Source: Lama glama
Taxonomy: Eukaryota
Assembly: GCA_028534125.1 (NCBI GenBank)
Contig: CM052816.1
Location: 92,568,001 to 92,632,000 of the forward strand
Length of the DNA: 64,000 nt
Reading direction: 5' to 3'
Program-made: the position numbers and the translations under genes
The notes under the pieces: model-generated
Told to the model about the DNA's origin: nothing
Seen by the model: only the letters and a program-made list of their open reading frames with translations
Databases searched by the model: none
Part shown: piece after piece, positions 1 to 13,909 of the stretch
Position numbering within the stretch: the first letter of the stretch is position 1
How the letters are laid out: the number at the start of each line of letters is the position of its first letter

Positions 1-29
1 GATACATCATTACTCGGAATAAAAGCCAC

Positions 30-385
30 TTTCCACCCTCCCTACTTGCTGGCCACAGCCATGTGAGTGACTTCTCCGTAAGAAGTGTTATGTGTAGTTT
101 TCAAAAGGCTTTGTTGAGAGGGGTGTGGACTCCTTGCCCTTCCTCCTCCTTACCAGCTGGAATGTAAGTGTGATGACAGATGTTCAGCAGCCATCTTGGA
201 TCAGGAAGTAGCTGTGGGCGTGAAAACCATGCACAGTGGAAACCAAGAGGAAGGAGTCTGGATCTCTGATACTCTGGAGCCCATTGCAGTCCTGGAGAGC
301 CACCTCTGAGCTTTGCCATGAGAGGAGTAAACTCGATTCACTTATCTGGAGTTGTTCTTTTATTCCACCATACCTAATCTTACCT
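30..385. mobile_element. MLT1-like (MaLR) LTR remnant
   Basis: agccatgtgagtgacttct...ctggaatgtaagtgtgatg...cagcagccatcttggatcagg. Confidence 0.55.
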
Positions 386-3300
386 AAGAGCTTCTATCTT
401 GCTGGTCCCTTCTGACTTTTAACACGTAGGTCAGAAACAATGAGCCATCAGGGTGTTTTCCTTTTCCCTAATTACACCCAGGTAAATATAAAGCAGGGGG
501 TGAGGCTGTAAGGCGGTCATCTAGAGGCATGGTTTCCAGGTAGTGGAATAAGCAGGCACCAGGGAGTGAGGAACTCCCAGTCTGGTCCTAAAGAGCCCAG
601 CAGCTCTAGACCTCAGCTTCCTCCCTTATAAACCAATACAAGGAGGCCAGGCCATTAACCACCATTTTCCCTCCACCCCCCGAAGGCCTCTTTATGTTAA
701 CGTGTTTCAAAGTTATGTTGGTGGAATGGTCACATTGGGGCACAAGGCACAGGGTTTTATGTAGTTGTGAAATAACTGAAGCTAAAGTAAACCAAAGCAT
801 TACTCAAAACTTGCACCACAGGAAAGATACCCTGAGCGTGTGCAGAAGATACAGGCTATCTTGACAGACGCCAGCAAATACGCCAACCTCAGACGTGTGT
901 GCCGAGTTCGCAGATCTACTACACCAGCTGACCTGAAAGCGGAGTTTTGATAAAGAGCCTCTTCCACAAGGGATTCTGTGGACGTGACCAGTTTAAAAAC
1001 GACAGCAAGAGGAAAAAAAAAAAAAAAGGAAGGTTGAGAAGCCTGGAGGGGGAGGGGGAGGGAGAACTATAGCATCATGTGTTCCAGGCTCCAAACTGTG
1101 AACAAATGAAGCGCATGTGGGAGAAGATGCTGGAATATCACTGCATGAGGAACGAATAGTGCAAAGTAGGTCTACAAGAGGTGGTTATACCAGTCCTCTG
1201 TCATGACAATCAGCTGAGTACCCAAAACTGAGTTTAACAAATACCTTCAAGCAACAAAACAGAGGGATACACCATGGATAAAACTGACCTAAAAAACTCT
1301 CAGTTCAAGTGAGTTTTCTCTCTCCTACAGATTTCAGAGGAAGGAACCCCTACACCCGAGCCTTGCCCTGCTTCAGGCGCAAAATTAAGGGGCCCAACAT
1401 TTGTATTAATAGTTCCATGGGCTATGTTTGCATTTCAAGGTGAGCAGCCAGCCTGAGCTATGACCTGAACTCCAACTTCATTTGTTAAGTGCCAAGTAAA
1501 ATGACAATGAGCTGATCTCGCTGCTAACATGGGTGGCATCCAGCCCTTCACATCTGGATGTGACCGGTGACCCTGCTTGCCCCCCACCGCCCATGGGGGT
1601 CATCTCTCCCTCCACCCCCTTCCCTCCACCCCAATCCTATCAGCCGCTCTGCTTCCTCCCCGGCATTTCCATCTGTCCTGGCCGGCCACCTCAGGGATAC
1701 AGGGCACTCAGGTTTCTTGTCGTTTTAGAGATTGCACAGCAACGTTGAGGCCCCCTTGTCACAGTTCGACCCATCGACCCCCAAGGCACCTCTAAGACCC
1801 GGGTTACTCTAAGACCCGGGAAAGGGTGTCTCTTTTCACCAGGCAAGAAGTTCAGTCCACTTCTCTTCAACGCGGGAGACTAAATGCTCCAGGGAACCCT
1901 CTCTGCGCCAACTTAGGGGAGAGACACACAGGGTTCAGGTCACATTCCCGACCAGCTTCCCCCACCAGCTCCCTGCCCACCTCCACTCTGGGCCACTCGG
2001 GAACTGGTGTGTGACCCCGAGGCTCCCCAAACCTAGAGGGAGCAGGGGCTCATGCCCATGGTAATGGGCACAAGAGAGGGCAGGATACTTTTTTTTTTCA
2101 GAGTGAAAAAGACAGCCATATTTGATTTACAATTAACAAGATTTACAGAAAGGGTTGAGGATGGTCCTGGGCTCCTGGCTCCCCACCCCAGGCCTGGGCG
2201 ACGCCTCCAGGACAGCCTGTCTGACCAGCTAAGACTAGGACCTCCAGTCTGCTAGGTCCCTTCTGGCTGTTCCGGCCTCGACATCTTAAGTCCAACTTGA
2301 TCTCTGAGGCAGGCACGGAGGCCCCCCGCCCCCAGAGTGCGGGCGCCGGCAGGCCAGGCCAGGCGAGGTGGGGAAGGCATCTTACTGCTCCGGGGGCCGC
2401 AGGCACTGGGCACCCCCTTCCCAAGATACCAAGCCCAGGGATCTGAGGCAGCTGCTGGCACTTGAGGGAAGGGGGCTCAGATTCTGCTTCTCCCTGAATT
2501 GGGACATGACTCTCTGGAGAAACCGATTTACAATTACATTATCACTCCCTCTGCCAGAACATGAACCCTAATTAATATTCCTTAAAAATCAGTAACAGAG
2601 CAAGCAGAGAAAGAGCTAACAAAGTGTGTTAAATTATTATCTATCATCCAACAACTCCACACAGGCTCAGAGTCACATGGTTAAATCAACAATAAAAGAC
2701 TTACTATTAAATTCTTAATTCAGAGATTCATTGAGAGTAGCATTTTCCATGCCACAGCTTCTGGGATTTTTGTTTATTATCTGGGAATCCCAGCAACAGT
2801 ATTAACAGACAACACTCCTTAGTCTCCTAGAAATGAACATAAACATTTTATTATCCTCATATTTTAAACCTGATAGCACCTGTCTATTCTGGCTCAATTA
2901 ACTGGAAAAAAAACAGAAAAAAATGGAGTAAGACTACAACAAAAGATCACTGCAAAAATGAGTGTGTAAACAAAAACTTTTCCCTGTTGATTCACTGTAA
3001 AGTGACATTTAAATGTTCTTCCATCAAATTAATTACAAACCAACAAATGTGTATACAACTTCAGTTCTGAGAACACTGTCCTAAATAACTCAACATTTAC
3101 CAGAGGATTCAAGTGGACAGGACAGAAAGGTCAAATACACTAGTCCATTAACTCCTCTAAAAGGTACATAAGAGACTTAAAAGCCACATATAAAGAACAA
3201 CATACGAAGTTTTAGCTCGATAATGATGACTTTTTCAAAATCTCTCTTCTCATGTACACCAGACCTGTGAGTTATCCTGAGCAACAACAGTGGTTTTGAA

Positions 3301-6300
3301 AATAACCCAACTTGACTTTAGAACAGCTTAAATGTGATGAGGTAACCTTGGAAACCAAGTGCTCCCAGGTTCGAGCCTGAACTGTTGCAGGGGACAGAAG
3401 CAGGCGGGTGGTTAACAACCTGCTGTGGGTGAAGGCACGCTGCCAGGGCTTGAATCCTGGCCACCACCTACCAGCTGGAAACTTTGAGCAAATTCCATGA
3501 CCATTCCAGTGTTGCAGGCTGGTGGCTATAAAGTTACATCAGACTATCTAAGGACAGTGTTTCCGTGTCCAGCTCATGAAAAGAACACAAATCCCCACTG
3601 TGACTGTGGCAGGGCCAGCCCTGAGGGCTGCAGACACACGAGCCAGCACCCGCCCAGGCCAACAAGCCAGGTAAAAGCTCATTTTCAAATTAAATTTTTA
3701 AAAAATGTGATTGTGCCAATCAAGAATTTCTACTTGACTAAAACGCATGGAACCAAAATTTACATTTTATTTGGCATTTAATCCATCTCACAGAAATGTA
3801 AGCATAGAAGTATAAAAGTTGTACAAACAGGCTGGCGAAAAATATCAGCTGTGAGCCGTTTGGTTTTAAGCAGTTCTATTGTGGGCATGTGTTTTTAATT
3901 GCAGTGTTTGTTTTCTTTTTCCTAAGCCCTCAAATTATTTTTTAAAGGGAAAATATTTCTCTTTAAGGTTACAACTGGCACACAAAGCACCGCAGCTGCC
4001 CACACTTCTCCTCCGAGGCCACCCTGGCCACTGCCAGCGCCCACTGCTCGGGGGTCGGCTCCTGAGAGCAAAGGCCTTGAAGGCCCCGGGTCCAGCGTAA
4101 GCTCAGTTCTCAGCACCCCTCTGCAGGCGGCGTGGAGGAGGGAAGGTGTGTGCCCCACAATCCTCATCACCCCATCTGTTGCCCATCCTCTGGTAAAACA
4201 CAGAAGTGCCCACCAGGTAAATTCGCCTGCCTGCACAGGAGAGTACCTGTGATTACCAAGGGAACAGGCCAAAGACTGCGATGGGGGCATCAGAAACACC
4301 TGCTTCAGACATAAAGTCATCACCCTTGAATGGCTCTGCAATACCGGAATCCACAATATTGAGGAATTCACAGTTTAATTAACAGAACAGTCTAGGTAGG
4401 AAGCCGGGGGTCTTATACAAGTTTGTATGTGACTCAGTTCATAAAATGGGGCTAAAAAGAACAACTACCTTATAGTGGAAGGTACTGACAATCATAAGGA
4501 TAGCAGCTAACCTCTGAGTGCTTCCCATGGGTCACGCATGGTTCTGAGCCCTTCGCATGTGATAAACAGAGACAGCAGCACTTGAAAATATCAGTCATTA
4601 CTACTCTCTCTAAACTTTTTGTTTAGTATTAGATTCTTTTCCCCAAAAAAAATTTTAGCCAGAACAGCATATAAAACAGAAAAAATTAAATAAAAAAGAA
4701 AGAAAGAAAAACCAAGGAGAGCTGCTCCATGTCTAGCTGCAGTGGGGGACACAGCTGTTGGACTCCCCATCCCACACTGGGCATTCCTGTCCCCCAAGCC
4801 AGCTCCTGGGGACCACGTGGAGTCCTGCAGGTCTTGAAAACATGGATGAAACCTCACAGCCTCATTTCTACCCTCTAGTCTACTGAACAAATGGAGATGG
4901 ACAGTGAGGAGAAACCACAGCAGCACCTGAGCCAATCAGAACAGTTAACAACCCTGCAGGTGGCAAGAGGCAGGAGGAGCCAGGAGGAGTGTGGGGCGCA
5001 CATTCTCCTCAAATTAGCCAGACTGCAGGCGGTAGGCTGAGATTGGTGAGCTTACTCGGGTCTTCCCGGCTCCTCCTGTCTTCTCAGGGGCCCGAGGCCC
5101 TGCACCAACAGGCCTTCCGTGCCTCTTCTCGGTCTAATCTTCTGATTCTGACATTGTCTTTCCAACAATATTGTGCACAAATGGTTAATTCAAGATTCTC
5201 CGTATCTAAATATTTCAAGAGAAATAGCAAAAATGGCTACCAAAAAATGCTTTCCATCCCTACCTGTTCTGTGGGTTTTCTTCTGCTCATGTGTTTTTTA
5301 TTGTTAAATGTTAGTTGTTAACATTCGCTGTTAATCTCAAAAGTGAATCGTGGTCTCTTACCAAAAGACTTGGGGGTAGGTTAAAAAACTGTCCCCATCC
5401 CAGCTTTGGCAACTGGTTTTAAAACTTTTTTTATTTTAGCAAAGAAGGGAAACTATGCTCCTAAGTCCTTGGAGATTATGTTTTGGAGAAAAAGCTTTTC
5501 CATAGCCTGATCCTTGAATCACATTCTTCCACTGCCACACGCCAACTGCAGTGCCCATAGGCTGCAGCTGAGGAAAGAATTCTCTCTGCGCTCACCGTGC
5601 TGGCACACCTTGAACTTGGTGCATCAGAAGGAAAAATTCCTGGGGATTACATTAAGCCCAGAGTAGACACCTTTCCGCCTCCCAAACCAGCTTTTTCCAG
5701 CTATGCCCACTTATTTCTCTGCCAAAATAAGGCAGGGAGAAGGGAAGAAAGTCACATAATAAAAAGTTCAGATGAATACACCCACAGGAAATATTTGGCT
5801 AATTCTATAATAATGGAAGGTGCAGAAAGACTGAAAAATGAGTTCATTCTCCAAACTTGTGAGAGTGGGAGGTACGTTAATTTCTAGACTGGGAAGGGTC
5901 TCGAGTATCAGCCAGCCCGATGGCCTCAATCTGTGGACAAAGATCCAGAAGTCCGTAGCTGTGGTGGACTCTAGGCACACAGTCCTGGGCAGAACAATGT
6001 CTAGAACTTGGGTCCTGACTCAAGCGCTGTTTTCCACCACACCCAACAGCTTGCTACGTGAAGCAAAAGTTGGGACCAAGAACCCCAATTAATAAGTAGT
6101 CCTAGCAACTTCCTATAAACCCTGCAGTACCTAGAGCCCTAACTCTGTGAACGGGCATGCTCCCAAAATTCAGGGCTCTCACCCCTGGGGTGGCCTCCAG
6201 GGAAATACAGAGCCAGGAATATCCTCAAAACTGAGAAGCAGCCATGTTCATCTTCCTCAGACCTGGGACGGAAAGGATGGGAAGGAAAACACCCTTTACT

Positions 6301-6779
6301 TGTGCAGTGAGGGCTCAGCTCCCGCCGCCGAGGACGAAGACTCTGCGACACAGGTGCTGCGCCCGCGACCTCAGCGACCTGGGCCATACTGTGCTGCTAC
6401 TCTTGTCTCTGGTGACATTTCTGTTTCAAAAGCCCGATTTTCTCTGCTGCTCATCGAGTCTCGATTGCTGCGAAGGTGTGGGCCACATCCTCTGCCAGCA
6501 AAGTGCGAAACCCGTCTACTTCCCTCCGACAACAATCGAGCTCCTGGAGGGGACACCGAGAAGGGGACACCGCCGCTCCTGGGCGCCAGGGCCCGACCCC
6601 AACCACTGCCTGTGTCCCCCACCCCACCCCAGACGGCAGGAAGGGCTTTCTCTTTCCAGGAACCTGTCTGCTCTGCCTCAGCGGGTCGCTTGCCGCCTCT
6701 CCCGGAACAGCTCTGCCTCCCGAGGCTGTAGTGCCTTATTGAGATACGACCTCCACCCTCGACGGCCCCCCAAACCCTG

Positions 6780-7350
6780 CAGGTGGTGTGTGTGGGAGCA
6801 GCCCGCCCAGGTCAGGGGCGCACCTGGATCCTCGCGCGCCCCGGAGCTCCCACCCCTCGTAGCGCAGGCATCGCACCCCCAAACCCTGGGCTGCGCCGAC
6901 GGCCGGCGGAGGAGAGCGCCCCCCAGGCCCGCCCGGCCCGGGGCCCACCTGCGGCGGGGACGCGAGACCGCTCCCGCTCCTGCTCCTGCTGAGGGCTCCT
7001 CCGCGCCGCCATGCCGGCCGCGCGCTGCCGACGGGCGCAGAGCCTCGGCCAGTGGGTCTGTCAGACGCGGCGGCCGCCCGCCGGCGCCCCGGCTCGCTTC
7101 CCCGAGGCAGGAGGGCGCGGGAGGGATGGGGTGCGGACCGCGGTCTGTGCTCCCGCCCCGGGCGGGAGCTGACTGACGTGCCGGGTCGCCAATGGGAGGG
7201 CGCGACTAGAAGGGGCGGGGCCCAGAGGGCGGGGTCTGGTGGGATGGGCGGGGCTTTCCGCGCCCTCTGTGTTTTGAGACCCTGCTGCGCGGAGACGCTG
7301 GTTGCTCCTCTGGGGCGCGGGAAGCTTCTGGTGGGATGCAAGCGCGGCCT
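6780..7350. promoter_or_regulatory. OTULINL: CpG island / TATA-less promoter of OTULINL
   Basis: Very GC- and CpG-rich. GC boxes at 7212-7220, 7227-7234 and 7246-7253; CCAAT 7189-7193; TGACGT 7174-7179; GGGGCTTTCC 7250-7259. Confidence 0.85.
6949..7012 (-). CDS. OTULINL: OTULINL (FAM105A) first coding exon, 64 nt; remaining exons are not in this window
   Basis: MAARRSPQQEQERERSRVPAA(G) resembles the human OTULINL N-terminus as I recall it (MAATRSPTRARERERSGAPAAG). Strong Kozak ggcATGg, donor GCAG|gtgggc, location in a CpG island, and same-strand synteny downstream of TRIO. Confidence 0.88.
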
Positions 7351-7954
7351 CTCGGAAAATTCTGGGAATTCCATCTGGACGGATCCCTCACATCGAAGGC
7401 CCATTGAGTGGGAAGGAAAGAAACCTGGTTGATGGCATGATGTGGGAGAGGGGACTGGTCGCTTTTCCCTCCCCTGGCAAGATGACAGGATTCCCTTCCC
7501 TGGCCCATACCGCTGATGGGTCACGGCTTTGGGAGGGCGAGACTGGAATCCAGCTGTTGGCCCAGGGCCCGTTCCACTAGATTGGGCAAATTTTCTGATC
7601 TTTATTTCCCTCCTCGGTCAGCAGAACGGGGTTATACTTACTTAGAACACAGTTTACTTAAGGAGCGGTTATTGACAAAATTAATCATCTGATAAAGTGG
7701 TTTATCAAAAGGAAAAAACCAAGGAAATAGCAAACAGTAAAAATAAATAGTCCAACAATAAAAAGGCACTTCCGGCAAGGTTCTTTCACCCACGATTGTC
7801 TAGTCAGAGGGCCCTTTTTTCCAGAAGAACGAAGAAATTTTCTTCCTTCTTCCTTCCAGAAGAAGGAAGAAAATTAAAATCCTGGTGACCACTTCCTCTC
7901 CCACAGTTCCAGAGACAGATTTGCATGTAACATGTCTTTGGCACCTTTAAAAAA

Positions 7955-8250
7955 AGAGGGTGGGAAGGGATAGACTGGGACTTCAAAATTGTAGAATAGA
8001 TAAACAAGATTACACTGTATAGCACAGGGAAATATACACAAAATGTTATGATAAATCACAGAGAAAAAAATGTGACAATGAGTGTGTATATGACCATGAA
8101 TGACTGAAAAATTGTGCTGAACACTGGAATTTGACACAACATTGTAAAATGATTATAAATCAATAAAAAATGTTTAAAAAAAATAAAAAATATACAACAA
8201 AGACCTACTATATAGTACAAAGAACTATATTCAATATCTTAAAAAAAAAT
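7955..8250 (+). mobile_element. LINE-1 3' UTR fragment(s)
   Basis: gggtgggaagggatagactgg...gacacaacattgtaaaatgattataaatcaataaaaaa, followed by a second short L1 3' UTR-like piece. Confidence 0.85.
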
Positions 8251-8439
8251 TCCATAGCTAAAGGAAGATGTGGAAAGCACCCTGGAATTGTAGGTGGCTC
8301 CAGTATACTTAGAGCATATCTACAAGAAATCACACCCCCTCTTTTCTGAGTCTCAGAGTAAATGTTTAGAGGATCCCAGGTCTTTGGCATCTCCAGGGAG
8401 ATTCTGAATCAGAGCAATAGCAATTACTATAATGCTAGT

Positions 8440-8630
8440 GACTTATCGACAGCTGACATCAGGCCAGGCACTTAGGTAATCCTTTTATGTATTTTTTTTG
8501 TATTATTTCACCTAATCCTCACACTGGCCCACGAGGCAGGTACTGTTGTTACACAGTTTACAGATGGGGAAACTGAGGCTGAGTAAATGCTAATACAGAG
8601 TTTGAACCTAGGTCTGATCTGTCTGCCACC
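8440..8630. mobile_element. MIR SINE
   Basis: MIR core tttacagatggggaaactgaggctgag. Confidence 0.7.
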
Positions 8631-9129
8631 CCACCACTTTGCAGCCAACGCTTCACAGAAGATAATAAAAGTATCTCCAAACTCTACCGCATGTATAGAG
8701 GGAAAGTCCTTTCTATCCAGATCAGATTTTAATACAGATGGGTGGTTTTCTATAGCCATAAACCATGGCTTGGGTTTATCAAGCCTTGTTATTCATACGA
8801 GGTAAATGACTTAAAATTGCTTTGTGTAATTAAACATAAATAAGGTTATGAGTACAAATGGTCTATTCTAGAAGCTGAAAATACCAGGACTAATTTCTTG
8901 TGGTATAATAGAATAAAATTTGCTTAAGTCCTTTAACCACTGGAAATAAATTAGCCAGTTAACTTTCCCCTTCTCCCCCAAGGTAATATTTATGAACACA
9001 GCTGTTTGGATTCAGCCTAAAATCCTTCTAATTAACTCACAATCAGCATTTTGTGGTTTGCTGTAATGTTCATTGTTACTCCAAAAGCTGAGTGGGAGGC
9101 TCCTTGCTGTGCTACTTACAGACCTAAAC

Positions 9130-9335
9130 CTTGAAGCTAGACCACCTGGCCTGGCTATTAGCCACATGGTCTGGCTCAATTATTTAAACTTTTTGTGCCT
9201 CAGTTTCCTTATCTGTAAAATGCAGGTCAAATGAGTATCTTCCTCTTAGGGTTGTTATGGGGATGAAGTGATTAGATAAATCCAAAAACCTTGTAATACT
9301 GCTTGGCACATAATAAACATCATATAAATATTAGT
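9130..9335. mobile_element. MIR SINE
   Basis: tgtgcctcagtttccttatctgtaaaatg...gcttggcacataataa. Confidence 0.75.
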
Positions 9336-10549
9336 AGTTAGAGGATATGACTACACATAGAGATTTCTGATTGGCTTTCTGGTCTACCCAAGTGTGACTT
9401 ACTGCCTGTCTTAACAATGATGTTATCCATCTTTTTAAAAATACCTAGATTGTGAGCGTTTTGGTGGCAAGAATTCTGATCTAGAATCCTTAGTGTCTAG
9501 CTCAGAGCTTGGACTTTTTTTTATATGGACTGACAAATCTTTATTGCCTTTAATGACACCATCATTGCCTTCTATGCATCTTGAGCACATAGGCTTTTAA
9601 AAAAAACCATCTAACTGGTGCTATACTAGAACAGTAACTCTACTGTTGAGCCTAGTATATTAACTTCATATATCATGGACCTACTACATAGATTGAATAT
9701 TTTTGAATGGGTAAATTGAGAGTATGGTGTGAGGCCACACTCTCAGAGGTCAGCAAAGGCCCCTGCAGCAATTGTCTCAGCTGAAATTTTGACACAAATT
9801 ATTGCACTCACCAAAACATTGACCTTAGAATAGCTGAAAACAAAGTCAGTGCCTAGTATTGTGCCTAGATGCACATCATTTGATTGTGATGCTGCAGAGT
9901 TCAGAATGAGTGGCCGGGGCAAACGCTACTCCAGTTAGTCACATGGACGATCCTGCTATGGCCCAAATCAGAAGAAAGAAAGAGTGGGGGAGAAAGAGAG
10001 AGAGAGGGTGGGGGGCACCTGGTCAATAAATCCTAGCAAATATTTTCTTAGAATTTTTGTTTTCAAAAAGTTTTCTTGACCATTTGAACTCTGAAAATGG
10101 AATGTGAACGTTCAGAACTGTTAAAGACACTGCAAAATGAATTTTCCATTGCTGTGCCAAACCTTTCATTTTACTCAAGGGTCACTCATGCATATCTGGG
10201 TCAGCCTCAGGCTAGGACAAGTTGATGTTTGTCCTGAGAACAGTGGAACCCATTACACCTTCCGCAAATAATTGTAATCTTCATTTCTATTGCAAGTTTG
10301 CTTGACTGACTGAACTCCAGTTAAACATCCTCCTCTAAATGGGAGGTTGAAAAAGGAGTTGCTGGTCAGTTGCTGTAATTCCTGCACCAAGAATTGTGCC
10401 TGGCATGTAGAAAGTACTTAGCCAATATTCATTGAATGAAAACATGAGTGAGTATGTGAGTGAAGTCAGTGGTCGGACATATTACTAAGAATCAGTGGAC
10501 TTTTCCTATCTATATTCACTTCCAACTGTTCTTAACCAAATTCATTGCC

Positions 10550-10970
10550 TTTTTTTTTGGTGTAAAAAACACACAAGGTAAAATTTACCATTTTAACTAT
10601 TTTTAAGTATATAGTTGAGTGGCATTAAGTACACTCACATTGATATGCAAGTATCAACAATCATCCATCTCCAGAACTTTTTTCATCTTCCCAAACTGCA
10701 ACTCTGTACCCATTAAACTGTAACTCCCCATTCCTCCCCCTCCCTAAACCCCTACCACTAACAATGGTCATTCTACTTTCTGCCTTTGACTTCTTTCTGA
10801 ATATGACCACTCTAGCTACTTTTTGTAAGTGAAATCATACAATATCTGTCCTTTGGTGACTGGCTTATTTTACTTAGCATATTAATGTCTTCAAGATGCT
10901 TCACTGTTCTAACACATGTCAGAATGTCCTTCTTTTTCAGGGCTGAATAGTATTCCATTATATGTACATA
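10550..10970 (-). mobile_element. Old L1 (L1MB-like) 3' end
   Basis: aaaatttaccattttaactatttttaagt...ccatctccagaactttttcatcttcccaaactg...ggctgaatagtattccatt. Confidence 0.8.
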
Positions 10971-13129
10971 TCACCACCACCACCATCATCATGACCTATT
11001 AATTAATTGAGGCCTCATGAAACGCCAGCCTCTATTAAGTGTTCTAGGTGAATTAATTAATCCAACCCCCCATTTGAGACACATACTAGTATTATTCCCA
11101 ATACACAAAGAGACTGAGGCATGAGATCATTCAGCTGATAAATGGCAGTCAAGAATTTGAACCCATCTTCCAGGGCCATATGGAAAGTATATCCTAAAAA
11201 AAAAAATCACTTCCCAGGAACTCAGTGATGCCCCAAAGGCCATGTGTATTCATTTTCCTGAATGAGCTGAGGCTAGGAGAACCGTGGTCCGCCATGCAAT
11301 GTGCCAGCCCAGAGCATGGCTGAGATGCACCATGTCCATTGTCACAGCATGAGGCTGAGCAAATGTGTGAGGCCAAGACCCAAGCTGGTGTTTCACAACC
11401 AAAGCTGAGAAATCAGCAGATCAAGGCAAGCCTAGGGAAGCCAAGGTGTGAAACCCAAACAGGCAGAGAAAGCAAGAGAGTCCTTGGGAGAGGGGCCAGC
11501 ACGGCAGGAGCAGAAACAGGCCTAAAGAACCCTGGAGCTTTTCCAGAGGGCACTGGCAGAAGCTTCTGTGATTCTGACACTGAGGCCTTAAGCTGTCCAC
11601 CTAGGATTATGATTTACAGTGTGTTCCTTGGTCTGGGATTTTATCTCCTGTAAAAATGTATCAGTCAACTGAATTACAGCATGATCCTATCAGTCATTTA
11701 CACCTTAGTGTCATCAAGCCATGGCTCCTACTAAGAGCAGAGGTTAATAAGGAGAGTGCAAAGAGAGCCTAAGGGGGTGGGAGGGATAATGGAGGGCATC
11801 TGAGAACCGAAGAGGGAACTGAAAGACGCAGAGGCGGCGTGTGTGGAGAAGGACTTCACAATTTTGTGTAGGTCCGGCAGACAGAACTTAGTGTTTCCTT
11901 TTTTTTTTTTTTTCACCCAGCAAATTAGATGGCTTTATTCTTTCCCAAATTTTTGACATCAGTCCTGCCTATAGTTTGCTTGCTCACTGTCTCTGGCCTG
12001 TGACTTTGGGGTCTGCACTACCTGGGTGTACTTTCATCTGGCTGACACCAGTGGTCCTTCTGGATTCTGCTCAAGCCTGCTCTCTTTTGAGAATCAATTC
12101 CAGACCACCCATCATCACCCATGATGAGTTAGCAGCCTGGCTCCACTGCCCTCTCATACATTTTGACTGTTTCCACTGCACCCAGTATACTGAGAGCTAC
12201 TTGTCCAAGTCTTCATCTTCTCACACTTGACCGTGAGCTCCAGAGGTCAGGGGCAAGATCTCAGTCTCTCCTGGGTCTCCTGCTCAATATCTGGTGGACA
12301 CCGACTGAGCTCTTGCAGAACACAGAATATACGGATCATGCCCCTCTTCGAGGGCCTCCGGTCCACTTGCCTTCTCTTTGCTGGGCTCACCAAGTCTGCA
12401 AATAGATTCCTTCTCTTTCTTTGCAAATGGGCTCTGAGTGCTCAAATGTTCTGGTCAACGAATTCATCTCCTGATGGATGGCATTTCCTCTTTCATGCCT
12501 GGTAAGCTTTTTAAGATCACAGGGACAGCAGGAGCCTCACCACGTAAAATATACTAATTAGAAAACAATTTTGCTGTATAATGTGAAGATTAAGTGAAAA
12601 TATATGAAGAGGCACAATCTCGAAAACTTACAGATGCGTTACTAGACTTGCAGCTCTGATGAACCAGCAAAGCGTGTTTTTTATGTTTAGTTAAAGAGGA
12701 ACAAACAAACAACAGCCTTTGTGGCTTTCTTTACCCTCTTCCCACCCTCATTTTTAGAAGGAAACCCAGGAGGAGAGAAGAGAACCAGATTGCTCTTTTT
12801 CTCTGACTCATTTATTTTTCAGGCTCCCTGGGCAGGCAGGCACACTCCGTTAGCTGGCTGCTTTTCTAGCCTGACATTTTGCTTCAGGGTTGACATTTAA
12901 GAGAGAGCAGCTGGAAGAGAGTGAATCTTGGAACCATTTAGATCTGGCTCCCCGCCGTCAATAACTAAAAGATAATGAGAAATCACTTATCTTTTCCGGG
13001 CCTCAATTTCCTTTACTGTAAAAAGGAATAAAATGTACTGGATGATTCTCAGATTTCGTCTAATCCTATAATTATAATTCTGAGACAAAAATTTCCTCTA
13101 ACGGGTTGGTTTAAAAACTCATGGCGCAT

Positions 13130-13909
13130 ATCTACGAATGATAAATGCTGGAGAGGGTGTGGAGAAAAGGGAACCCTCCTACACTGCTGGTGGGAATGTA
13201 GTTTGGTGCAACCATTATGGAAAACAGTATGAAGACTCCTCAAAAAACTAAAAATAGACTTACCCTATGATCCAGTAAACCCACTCCTTGGCATATATTC
13301 AGAGGGAACTCAAATTTGAAAAGATACATGCACCCCAGTGTTCATAGAAGCACTATATACAATAGCCAAGACATGAAAGCATACTAAGTGTCTAGTGACA
13401 GATGACTGGATAAAATTGTGGTATATTTATATAATGGAATACTACTCAGCCATAAAAAAGAATAAAATAATGCCATTTGCAGCAGCCTGGATGGACCTAG
13501 AGATAGTCATTCTAAGTGAAGTAAGCCAGAAAGAGAAAGAAAAAATACCATATGATATCACTCATATGTAGAATCTAAAAAAAGAAAAAAAGGGGACACT
13601 AATGAATTCATCTGCAAAACAGAAACAGATTCACAGACAGTAAACAATCTTATGGTTACCAGGGGAAAGGGGGTGGGAAGGGATGAATTTTGGAGTTTGA
13701 GATTTGCAAATATTAGCCACTATATATAAAAACAGATTAAAAAAATTTTTTTCTGTATAGTACAGGGAACTATATTCCATATCTTGTAATAACCTCTAAT
13801 GAAAAAGAATATGAAAACAAATATATGTATGTATATGCATGACTGGGACATAGTGCTGTATACCAGAAATTGATGCATTGTAACTGACTATACTTCAATT
13901 TAAAAAAAA
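13130..13909 (+). mobile_element. 5'-truncated LINE-1 3' end
   Basis: aaatgctggagagggtgtggagaaaagggaaccctcctacactgctggtgggaatg...gactatacttcaatt followed by an A tail. Diverged flanking repeat (catggcgcat / tgtggtgcat). Confidence 0.93.

Noticed and set aside
1790..1820. Short direct repeat ctctaagacccggg, two copies
   Set aside because: An ordinary small slippage duplication in OTULINL intron 1 with no sign of function.
1..6948. Further OTULINL coding exons
   Set aside because: No segment translating to the expected continuation was found, so exon 2 probably lies beyond the window start.
6147..7524. Long overlapping ORFs (194, 310 and 262 aa) over the CpG island
   Set aside because: These are Pro/Arg/Gly/Ala-rich products of stop-poor GC-rich DNA. 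Only the 64-nt OTULINL exon has independent support.
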